A DNA stretch of 64,000 nucleotides from Balanoglossus misakiensis (lineage: Eukaryota > Animalia > Hemichordata). The number at the start of each line of letters is the position of its first letter. Within the stretch, counting starts at the first letter, position 1. The DNA is taken from positions 11,449,992-11,513,991 of the forward strand of contig CM082596.2 of NCBI GenBank assembly GCA_040954595.2. Reading direction: 5' to 3'. Positions 39,501 to 51,600 of this stretch are shown here, one piece after another. Both the position numbers and the translations under genes were made by a program. Under the pieces are notes generated by a model that saw only the letters and a list, made by a program, of their open reading frames with translations, searched no databases and was not told where the DNA came from.

Positions 39501-42500
39501 TCAAGGGTTAGAGTTCAATGGTCAAGGGGTCATGGGTCAAGAATTTTAGTTCAAGGGTCAAAGGTCAAGGGTTAGAGTTCACGAGCCAAGGATTTGAGTT
39601 CAAGGGTTAGAGTTCGCGAGTCAAGGGTTAGAGTCAAGGGTCTAAGGTCAAGGGTTAGAGTTCAAGAGTTGAAGATCAAGGGTCAAAGGTCAATGATTAT
39701 AGTTGATGGGTCAACAGTTGACGTTCAAGGATTAGAGTTTAAGGGTCATGGGTTTAAGGGACAAGCATTAAGGGTCAGTTGTCAAGTTTAGGGTTTAAGG
39801 GTCAAGAGTTTTGTTTCAAGGGTCAAAGGTTAGATTTCAAAGGTCAAGGGTTAGAGATCAAATGTCAAGGGTAAGAGGTCAAGGGTAAGAGTTCAAGGAT
39901 CAAGGGTTAGAGTTCAATGGTCAAGGGGTCAAGGGTCAAGGATTTGAGTTCAACGGTCAAGGGTTAGAGTTCACGAGCCAATGATTTGAGTTCAAGGGTC
40001 AAAAGTCAATGGTACGAGTTCAAGAGTTGGAGATCGAGGGTCAAGGGGGTCAAGGGTCAAGGGTAGGAGCACAAGGATCAAGGGTTAGAGTTCAAGGGGT
40101 CAAGGGTCAAGGATTTGAGTTCAACGGTCAAGGGTTAGAGTTCACGAGTCAAGGATTTGAGTTCAAGGGTCAAAGGTCAAGGGTTAGAGTTCAAGAGTTG
40201 GAGATCAAGGGTCAAAGGTCAAGGATTATAGTTGATGGGTCAACAGTTGGCGTTCAAGGGTTAGAGTTTAATGGTCAAGGGTTCTAGGGTCAAGGGTTTA
40301 AGGGTCAAGCATTAAGGGTCAGTTGTTAAGTTTAGGGTTTAAGGGTCAAGAGTTTAGTTTCAAGGGCCAAGGGTTAGATTTCAAGGGTCAAAGGTCAAGG
40401 GTTAGAGATCAAGTGTCAAGGGTAAGAGTTCAAGGGTCAAATGTTAGAGTTCAAGGGTCAAGGGTTAGAGTTCAATGGTCAAAGGTCAAGGGTTAGAGTT
40501 AAAGAGTTGGAGATCAAGGGGTCAAGGGTCAAGGGTAAGAGCTCAAGGGTTGAAGTTCATGGGTCAGAGGTTCATTGGTTAGAGTCCAAGGTTCAAGGGG
40601 TCAAGGATTAGAGTTCAAGGGTCAAAGGTCAAGGGTTAGAGTTCAAGAGTTGGAGATCGAGGGTCAAGGGGGTCAAGGGTCAAGGGTTAGAGTCCAAGGT
40701 TCAAGGGGTCAAGGATCAAGGGTTAGAGTTCAATGGTCAAGGGGTCATGGGTCAAGAATTTGAGTTAAAGGGTCAAAGGTCAAGGGTTAGAGTTCACGAG
40801 CCAAGGATTTGAGTTCAAGGGTTAGAGTTCACGAGTCAAGGGTTAGAGTTCAAGAGTTGGAGATCAAGGGTCAAAGGTCAAGGATTATAGTTGATGGGTC
40901 AACAGTTGGCGTTCAAGGGTTAGAGTTTAATGGTCAAGGGTTAAAGGGTCAAGCATTAAGGGTCAGTTGTCAAGTTTAGGGTTTAAGGGTCAAGAGTTTT
41001 GTTTCAAGGGTCAAGGGTTACATTTCAAGGGTCAAAGGTCAGGATTAGAGATCAAGAGTCAAGGGTAAGAGTTCAAGGGTCAAATGTTAGAGTTCAAGGG
41101 TCAAGGGTTAGAGTTCAAGGGTCAAGGGTTAGAGTTCAAGGGTCAAAGGTCAAGGGTTAGAGTTAAAGAGTTGGAGCTCAAGCGTCAAGGGTTGGAGTTC
41201 ATGGGTCAGAGGTTCAATGGTTAGAGTCCAAGGTTCAAGGGGTCAAGGATTAGAGTCCAAGGTTCAAGGGGTCAAGGGTTAGAGTCCAAGGTTCAAGTGG
41301 TCAAGGATCAAGGGTTAGAGTTCAATGGTCAAGGGGTCATGGGTTAAGAATTTGAGTTCAAGGGTCAAAGGTCAAGGGTTAGAGTTCACAAGCCAAGGAT
41401 TTGAGTTCAAGGGTTAGAGTTCAAGAGTTTGAGATCAAGGGGTCAAGGGTCAAGGATTTGAGTTCAACGTTCAAAGGTTAAGGGTTAGAGTTCAAGAGTT
41501 GGAGATCAAGTGGTCAAGGGTCAAAGGTCAAGCATTATAGTTGATGGGTCAACAGTTGGCGTTCAAGGGTTAGAGTTTAATGGTCAAGGGTTCTAGGGTC
41601 AAGGGTTTAAGGGTCAAGCAGTAAGGGTAAGTTGTCAAGTTTAGAGTTTAAGGGTCAAGAGTTTTGTTTCAAGAGTCAAGGGTTAGATTTCAAGGGTCAA
41701 AGGTCAAGGGTTAGAGATCAAATGTCAAGGGTAAGAGTTCAAGGGTTAGAGTTCAAGGGTCAAAGGTCAAGGGTTATAGACCAAGCGACGATGGTAAGAG
41801 TTCAAGGGTCAAATGTTAGAGTTCAAGGGTCTAGGGTTAGAGTTCAGGGGTCAAAGGTCAAGGGTTAGAGTTCAAGAGTTGCAGATCGAGGGTCAAGGGT
41901 TAGAGTTCAATGGTCAAGGGGTCATGGGTCAAGAATTTGAGTTCAAGGGTCAAAGGTCAAGGGTTAGAGTTCACGAGCCAAGGATTTGAGTTCAAGGGTT
42001 AGAGTTTGCGAGTCAAGGGTTAGAGTCAAGGGTCAAAGGTCAATGATTATAGTTGATTGGTCAACATTTGACGTTCAAGGATTAGAGTTTAAGGGTCATG
42101 GGTTTAAGGGACAAGCATTAAGGGTCAGTTGTCAAGTTTAGGGTTTAAGGGTCAAGAGTTTTGTTTCAAGGGTCAAAGGTTAGATTTCAAAGGTCAAGGG
42201 TTAGAGATCAAATGTCAAGGGTAAGAGGTCAAGGGTAAGAGTTCAAGGATCAAGGGTAAGAGCTCATGTGTCAAGGGTTGGAGTTCATGGGTCCAAGGTT
42301 CAAGTGGTCAAGGATCAAGGGTTAGAGTTCAATGGTAAAGGATTAGAGGTCAAGGGTTAGAGTTTAAGAGTTGTAGATCGAGGGTCAAGGGTCAAAGGTC
42401 AAGTATTATAGTTGATGGGTCAACAGTTGGCGTTCAACAGTTTTTTTTTCAAGGGTCAAAGGTTAGATTTCAAAGGTCAAGGGTTAGAGATCAAATGTCA

Positions 42501-42740
42501 AGGGTAAGAGTTCAAGGGTCAAGGGTAAGAGTTCAAGGGTCAAGGGTAAGAGCTCATGGATCAAAGGTTCAATGGTTAGAGTCCAAGGTTCAAGGGGTCA
42601 AAGGTCAAGGATTAGAGTTCAAAGGTCAAGGGTTAGAGTTTACGAGTTGGAGATCGAGGGCCAAGGGGTTCAAGGGTTATAGTTCAGACAGCTGGTCAAA
42701 GGTCAAAGGTAAAGGGTTAGAGATCGAGAGTCAAGGGTCT
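36540..42740 (+). repeat. Satellite A: degenerate 7-mer array (GGGTCAA/AGGTCAA/AGTTCAA/GGGTTAG) with higher-order blocks
   Basis: Continuous tcaaggg-type periodicity. The marker ttatagttgatgggtcaacag recurs about ten times. Confidence 0.95.
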
Positions 42741-43294
42741 AATATTAAAAACATGCGATATGGAAATAACATCGCTTTTGTATTGTATAACCCTTGCCTG
42801 GGATAAACACCTGATAGAGCATTATGTTTCCTCTAATTCATAATGTACATATTTAATTCCAGATCAGCGCTGCTTGCAGCTTTAACTATTCTCCAAAATT
42901 CGGCCAGATTTCGAAAACCGCATAACCTATGGGGCTGAAACTTGGTAGGGTGATAGGGACCAATGATTGCAGTGGCTCGTAAATATTTAATTAGTCACAT
43001 GATACGGCTAGAGGTCTGGTTTTGGTTGGAGGCCCACTATGAGGTCAAAGTTTTATGCCCCAATTTTGGGTGACCTTTGACTTACTTTCCCATATCTCAG
43101 CATATAAAGCAGTTAGACCCCTGGCGTTTGGGGGGATTGAGCACATAATGGAGTCTTACACGAAACTTTGTGACCTTAGGGAAGCCTTTCACTTCGATGT
43201 ACAAATTCTTCTTTCTTCAGTTCATTAAAATTGTTGCCCATTGAGCCGATTCACCTATTGTGTACGTGTGTTCATTTAATAAGAGGAATAGCAC

Positions 43295-43590
43295 TCAAAT
43301 CAAATCAAATTGAAATAAATGAAATTAAATTAAATTAAATCGAAATCATATTAATGTGATAAAATTAAATTAGAGTAAAATAAATTATATTAAATTGAAT
43401 CAAATAAAAATCAAATTAAATCAAAACAAATTAAATAAAATAAATTATATTAAATAATCAAATTAAATTAAATCCATCTGTCATTCATCCATCATTTATA
43501 CATCCATCTGTTACCATCCATCTTTGAACCATCCAAATATTCATCTATCACCCATCCCATCTATCATCCATATATCATTCATCCACACTC
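43295..43590. repeat. Low-complexity (AAATT/AAATC)n followed by (CATC)n
   Basis: Directly visible in the sequence. Confidence 0.8.
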
Positions 43591-46500
43591 ATCCCGAAAC
43601 CTAATCCTTACTCGGACCCCATGACCCAATCCCCTTCGTACCTCAAAACCTCACCCCGAAGTCAATCCCAGAATTGTACTCTCAAAAAATACCTTATTAG
43701 TCAAACAACAATCACCGATCCAACTCCAAACTTACACTTGTCAGCTATCACCCACCATCCCATCACTACTCCTACCCAACTTCACCCCAGCCTATTCCCA
43801 CTCGCTCCCCCATCATAACCCTGGCCTCCTTCACCAGAACCACACCAGACCACATAATGTCTCCATCTTTTACTCCACACCTTACACCCACCACAAATCC
43901 TAGCCATCACCCAACCTATCATAGCCCAAACAACCCAAACCCAATCAAAATTGACCCTAGCCCCACTTATCATCATCCAAGCCATCAATGCTCAACGGCA
44001 CCCAAATAACACTAACTTAAAGATTGGCATAAATCCAAACTCATACCACTGCCACCCCCCATATACAAAACCAAGACTCTATTACGAACCAATACCTACC
44101 TTTTATAGCAAATACACGACCATCTATCATCCATATATCATCCTTCCACACTCATCCCGAAACCTAATCCTTACTGGGGCCCCACCCTAATCCCATAACC
44201 CAATCCACTTCGTACCTCAAACATCACCCCGAAGTCAATACAAGAATTATACTATCAAAAAAATTCATATTATTCAAACACCAATCACCGATCAAACTCT
44301 AAAGTTAAACTAACTCTCACGACCTTGTCAGCTACCACCCACCACCCCGTCACCACTCCCAACCAACTTTACCCAAACCTATTCCCACTCGCACTCCCAT
44401 CACAACCTTGGCCTCCTTCCCCCAAACCGCACCATCTCTTACACCACACCATACACCAACCACAAATTTAAATCCTGGCAGTCACCCAACCTATTATGCC
44501 CAAACAATCCAAACCAAATCAAAATTGACCCTAGCCCAAGTCTACCATCAATACTCGACGGCCAACCAAATAACACTTAACTAATAGATTGGCATGCAAA
44601 TCCAAACTCATACCACTGCCACTCCAACAATGCAACATCAGGACTCTTTTTTACGAACCAAAACCTAACATTTGTAGAAAATAGGCGACCAAAGATTTAA
44701 TCCCTCCAAATATTCATCTATCACCAATCCCATCTATCAGCCATATATCATTCATCCACACCCATCCCGAAACCTATTACTTACTGGAACCCCACCTTTA
44801 ACCTTCGTACGTCGAACCTCATCCGAAGTCAATCCCAGTATTGTACTCTGAAAAAATACCTTATTACTCAAACACCAATCATCGATAAAACTCTAAACTT
44901 CTATTACTCTCACGACCTTGTCAGCTATCACCCGCCACCGCAATACCACTCCCATCCAACTTTACCCGAATATATTCTCACTCGTATTCACCACCCTGGC
45001 CTCCTTCACAAAAACCGACCCAGACCACATAAAGCCTGCATCTCTTACACCTCACCTTATACCCACCACAAATCCTAGCTATCACCCAACCTATCATAGC
45101 CCAAACAATCCAAACCCAATCAAAATTGACCCTAGCCGCACTTATCAAGCCATCAATGATCAACGGCAACCCAAATAACGCTTAACTTAAAGATTGGCAT
45201 AAATCCAAACTCATACCACTGCCACCCGGAATATACAACACAAAGACTCTATCACGAACCAATACCTACCATTTGTAGCAAATACACGACCAAAGATTTG
45301 ATCCCATCTATCATCCATATATCATCCTTCCACACTCATCCCGAAACCTAATCCTTACTGGAACCCCAACCTTTAACCCATGACCCAATCCCCTTCGTAC
45401 CTTAAACCTCATCCCGAAATCAATTCCAGAATTGTAATTTAAAAAAATACCTTATTACTCAAACACAAATCACCGATCCAACTAAATTAAACTAACTCTC
45501 ACGACCTTGTCAGCTATCACCAACCAATCCAAACCAACTTTACCTGATCGTATTCCCACTGCCCCCCCCTTCCCCTCCCCCCAATCACCACCCTGGCCTC
45601 CTTCACCAAAACCGCACCAGACCCCACAATGCCTCTTTGTCTTACACCACACCTTACACCCGCCACAAATTTAAATCCTGTCAGTCAACCAACCTATCAA
45701 AACCCAAACAATCCAAACAAATCAAAATTGACCCTAGCCCTAGCCCACCTATCATCACCCAAAGCCTACCATCAATACTCGACGGCCAACCAAATAACAC
45801 TTAACTTAAAGATTGACATCCAAATCCAAACTCTACCACTGCCACTCCAAAAATACAACATCAGGACTCTATTACGAACCAAAATCTTCCATGTGTAGAA
45901 AATAGCCGACATATATTGATCTATCACCCATACCATATAACATTCAAACACAATCATATAACATTCAAACACACTCATCACGAAACCTACTCCTTAATGG
46001 AACCCCACTTTAACCCATGCCCCAATCCCCTTCGTACGTCGAACCTCACCCGAAGTCAATCCCAGTATTGTACTCTCTTGCCCCACTTATCATCAACCAA
46101 GCCATCAATGCTCAACGGTGGTAAGCCAAATAACACTTAATTTAAAGATTTGCATAACCAAACTCATACCACTGCCACCCTAAATATACAACACCAAGAC
46201 TCTATTACGAAACAATACCTACCATTTGTAGCAAATAGACCACCAAAGATTTGATCCCATCTATCATCAATATATCATCATTCCACACTCATCCCGAAAC
46301 CTAATCCTTACTGGGACCCCACATTAACCGACCCAATCCACTTCTTACCTCAAACCTAACCCCGAAGTCAATCCCGGAATTGTACTCTTACAAAATACGT
46401 TATTACTCAAACACCAATCACCGATCCAATTCCAAAGTTACACTAAGGCTCACGACCTTGTCAGCTATCACCACAGCCACCCAACTTTACCCCAACCTAT

Positions 46501-48600
46501 TTTCACGCACCCCTAACACCACCCCGACCTACATCCCCAAAACCGCAGTAGCCCCACCACAAATTTAAATCCTGGCATTCACCCAAACTATCATAACTCA
46601 AACGTCCCAAACCAAATCAAAATTGACTCTAGCCCTAATATTACCCAAGCCTACCATCAATACCCGACGACCAACCAAATAACACAAATTAAAGATTGGC
46701 ATCCAAATCCAAACTCTACCACTGCCACTCCAACATGACAACATCAGGACTCTATTACGAACCAAAACCTTCCATGTGTAGGAAATAGGCGACCAAAGAT
46801 TTGATCCCTCCATATATTCATCTATCACCCATCCCATCTATCATCCATTCATCCACACTCATCTCGAAACCTAATCCTTACTGGGGCCCCACCCTAATCC
46901 CATAACCCAATCCACTTCCTACCTCAAACATCACCCCGAAGTCAATCCAAGAATTATACTCCTAAAACATTTCCTATTACTCAAACACCAATCGCCGATC
47001 AAATTATTAAGTTACACTCACTCTCACGACCGTGTCAGCTATAACCCACCACCTCGTCACCACTCTCACCCAACTTAAATCAAACCTATTCCCACTCGCA
47101 GCCCCATCACAACCCTGGCCTCCTTCACCGAAACCGCACCAGACCTCATATTGCCTCGATCTCTTACACCACACCTTACATCCACCACAAATTTAAATCC
47201 TGGCAGTCACCAAACCAATCATAACCCAAACAATCCAAACAAATCAAAATTGACCCTGGCCCTATCCCACCTAACATCACCCAAAGCCTACCAATACTCG
47301 ACGGCCAACATTGGCATCCAAATCCAAACTCATACCACTGCCACTCCCAATATACAAAATCAGGACTCTATTACGAACCAAAACCTTCTATTTGTAGAAA
47401 ATAGGCGACCAAAGATTTAATCCTCCAAATATTCATCTATCACCCATCCCATCTATCACCCATATATCATTCATCAACACTCATCCTAAAACATAATCCT
47501 TACTGGAACCCCACCTTTAATCCCTGTCCCAATCCCCTTTGTACCTCAAACGTCTCCCCGAAGTCAATCCTAGAATTGTACTCTCAAAAATTGCCTTATT
47601 ACTCAAACACCAATCTTCGACCCAACTCTAAACTTAAACTTACTCTCATGACCTTGTCTGTCATCACTGCAATACCACTCACACCCAACTTTACCCGACC
47701 ATACTCCTTCACCAAAACCACAACAGACCCCATAATGACTCTAACCCTAATCTCTTACGTGACCACGCCTTATACCCTCCACAAATCCTAGCCATCACCA
47801 AAACAATCAAAACACAACCTTACTTCACTTATCATCAACCAAGCCATCAATGCTCAACGTCAACGCAAATAACACTTAACTTAAAGATTGGCATAAACCA
47901 AACTCAAACCACTGCCACCCCAAATAAAGAACACCAAGACTCTATTACGAACCAATACCTACCATTTGTAGCAAATAAACGCCCAATAATTTGATCCCAT
48001 TTATCATCCATATATCATCCTTCCACACTTATCCCGAAACCTAATCCTTATTGGGACCCAACTTAAACCGACGCAATCCACATCTTACCTCAAACCTCAC
48101 CCCGAAGTCAATCCCAGAATTCTACTCTTAAAAAATACGTTATTACTCAAACAACAATCACCGATCCAACTCCAAACTTACACTAAGGCTCGCGACCTTG
48201 TCAGCTATCACCACTACCACAGAACTTTACCCCAACCTATTCCCACGCACCCCTACCACCACCCCGACCTCCATCCCCAAAACCGCACTAGCCCCGCCAC
48301 AAATTTAAATCCTGTCAGTCACCCAACCTATTATAACAAAAACATCCCAAACCAAATCAAAATTGACCCTAGCCCTAACATTGCCCAAGCCTAACATCAA
48401 TACTCGAAGGCCACGCAAATAACTCTTAACGTAAAGATTGGCATAAATACAAACTCATACTAATACTCAAACAACATTTATTACGCTATTCCGAACCAAA
48501 ACCTGCAATTTTTATATACGACCAAAGATCCTGACCATAGAAGAATTCACTTCTGTCAATAATACAAACTCCTACAAATTCTCTCTGGCTAATTCATAAA
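43540..48600 (+). repeat. Satellite B: C/A-rich tandem units of ~550-640 bp
   Basis: A cactcatcccgaaacctaatccttact-like marker occurs at about 43587, 44149, 44759, 45332, 45972, 46286, 46856, 47477 and 48025. Confidence 0.9.
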
Positions 48601-51600
48601 ACTTATTTATTTAGGCTTCGAAATAATGGAAATCAAAATGAATCATCTTTTTGAAAATATTATTAAACACTCATTATTTGGGTACAAATATGATGATTGT
48701 TCTTTATTGCATGTATAAATTAGAAATGACTCATTTATCATTTCAAATTCAAAAACGACCATTTTTAGGCTTAAAACATAAACTTTGTTTTCGAAAATGT
48801 TATAAAACACCCCCTTGTGGATATCAACATTTAACGACACCCAACCCGCTTGTGTGATATGAGAGAAAAAACTCGCCCAAGAGAGACTTTGTCACACATC
48901 GTAAACACTTCTAAATCATTCGAAATGTTTTCTTTTAATATTATAAAAAACCACTATTACTTTGTGCACAAAAACTTTTCATACAATACCAAAACGATAT
49001 TTGGTCCTAAACGGAAGTTTTTTATTATTAGATAATGATTTCAAACTCGAAATTACCCATATTTTTAGGCTTAGAAATAATTTTCCTCTGAAAATATTAT
49101 AAACTCCAAAAACTGTTTAAAAAGCAATTTCTATATAATAAATCCCTGTTTAAGGCTTTGAAAAACTGTTTAATCATTCTAAAACGTTTCTTTGAACATA
49201 ATACAAAACCATCCTTTATTCGGGCCCAAAAACTGTTCAAAATGATATTTTTTCATATCACAAGTTTTGAATAAAAATTAATAGATAGTGATTTCAAACT
49301 CAAACACATCCTTATTTAGGCTTATAAACATTCTAAATTTCTTTTAAAAATATTCTCTCGATTTAAGCCTTTTTTCTAAAACTTTCGTTGAAAGTATTAC
49401 TAAAACACAATATTTTGGCACAAAAAAATTTCAATACGACATTAAAAACGATGTATGTTCCATGAAAACATTATAAAAACCCGGCATTGAAAATTGTATA
49501 TAAAACGCAAAATTTTGGTACAAAAAATGTTAAATTCGATATGAAATCGATTTTATAATAATATCGCGTATTTTGAAAATAATTTACTTAATTAGCAATT
49601 TTTTGAAAATGCAAATAGATTTAAGGCTTAAAAACACTTTTTAATAATTCAATATCTTTCTTTGAAAATATTATTAAGAAACACATTTCTTGGGCTCAAA
49701 TACGATATTAAAACAACGTTTGTTCCATACCACATTTTTATAATAATCTCAGCAACATGGCCTGTTTGTTCCATATTGCATTTTTATTTTAAAAAACGAT
49801 TCATTAAGTATTTTAAATTGAAATACACTTTAATTTTGGCATAAAAAACACTAACAGATTATAATACACCCACCTTTGAAAATTGTATATAAAACGCAAT
49901 ATTTTGGTACGAAAATATTTCATACGGTATTAAATCGATGTTATAAAAATATTGCGAATTTTGAATAAAATTTATTTAGTAAGCGATTTTAATATTTTGG
50001 GCGCGAAAACTCCATCCCAAAATATGGGTGTTTTAATATTAATTTTAAACATAGATATAGAATATAGAAAGTATTTAAAGCCAAAAATCAATGTGTATTC
50101 ATATTAAAATCGCTTCAAAGCCTTTAATAGGGAAAATTTATATTGGAATTGCTTAATAATCATTTTCGTTCAAAATACGCAATGTGAATATAACATCGGT
50201 TTTATATCGTATTGAACATTTTTCGTGAAAAAAATGCGTTTTTTTATACGATTTTCAATTTTTTTTTATATTCCAATAGTGTTATTTCAACATAAATAAG
50301 TGTGGAATGCTCATTGAATCAAATTTATTATCAAAATGTGATATGGAAGAAACATTATTTTAATATCGTATTCAACAGATTTCGAGCCCAAACAATGGAT
50401 GTTTTGATAATATTTTCAAAGAAAGATAAAGAATGATTAAAAAGTGTTTTTAAGCTTAAAATCCAAAAAAATTGCTTAATAATCATTTTCGTTCAAAATA
50501 CGCAATATTATTTTAAAAAGATTTCATATCGCATTAAACATTTTTTCGTCCCAAAATATCGGTGTGTTTGAGTTTGAAATCTTTATTTATTAATTTTTAT
50601 TAAAACTGTGCGATATGAAGTTTTTGAGCCCGAATAAAGGATGTTTTTGTGTTATGTTCAAAGAAAGGTTTTAGAATGATTTAGCAGTTTTCCAAAGGCT
50701 TAAATAGGGATGTAAATATATAGGAATTGCTTGTTAAATCATTTCCATTAAAAATACGCTATGTGAATATGACATTGATTTTAAAAGGTATTAAACATTT
50801 TTTGTGAAAAACTAAAGCGTGTTATAGAAAAAAATTTAAAAAGGTTTTTAATGGTCCCACATTGTTTTTTAGCCTGAATAAGTGGTTTTGAATTTAAAAT
50901 GCTTATTGAATCGTTTTTATTTAATACATGTGATATGAAACTGACAACGTTGTTGCATTCATGTTGAAATCGCTTGTTAAAACATTTTCATTTGAAATAA
51001 ACAATGTGAATAAAAAACGATTTTATACCGAATTAATCACTTAAAGTGAAAGATAATGCGTTTTATATCAAATTTCAAAGACGGGTTTAATAATGATGTC
51101 AGGGTGTTTTTTATGACTAAATAAGTTTGTATTTTACTTTAAAATGCTTTACGGTTCATTTTTATTTAAAACCTGAAATATGGAACAAGCATTGTTTTAG
51201 TATAGTATTAAATAGTTTTCATTGCTAATAATAAATTTTTATATAATATACACAAAGAAAGGTTTAAGAATTATATATTACTGTTTTAGAGCTATATGCG
51301 TGTATTGATTAATCGATTATTTATTTAATCATATTTTTTTTAAAATATACAATGTGAATAAAATATCGTTTTAAGCCTAAAATCGATTTGAATTCCAAAA
51401 AATCGCTTACTAAATAAATTATTTTCAAAATACGCAATGTTATTATCACATCGATTTTATATCAAATTAAACATTTTTTCGTCCCAAAATATCGCTTTTA
51501 ATAAGTGAGGTTTTAAAATGATCCAACAGTGTTTTCAAGCCGTAAATAGTTTTTTGAAACGTTTATTGTCTTTTTTAATATAAAATAGCAATATGGAACA

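Noticed and set aside
36491-42806. Many short SRVRVQG-rich ORFs
   Set aside because: They are by-products of the 7-mer satellite, with frequent stops and no consistent frame.
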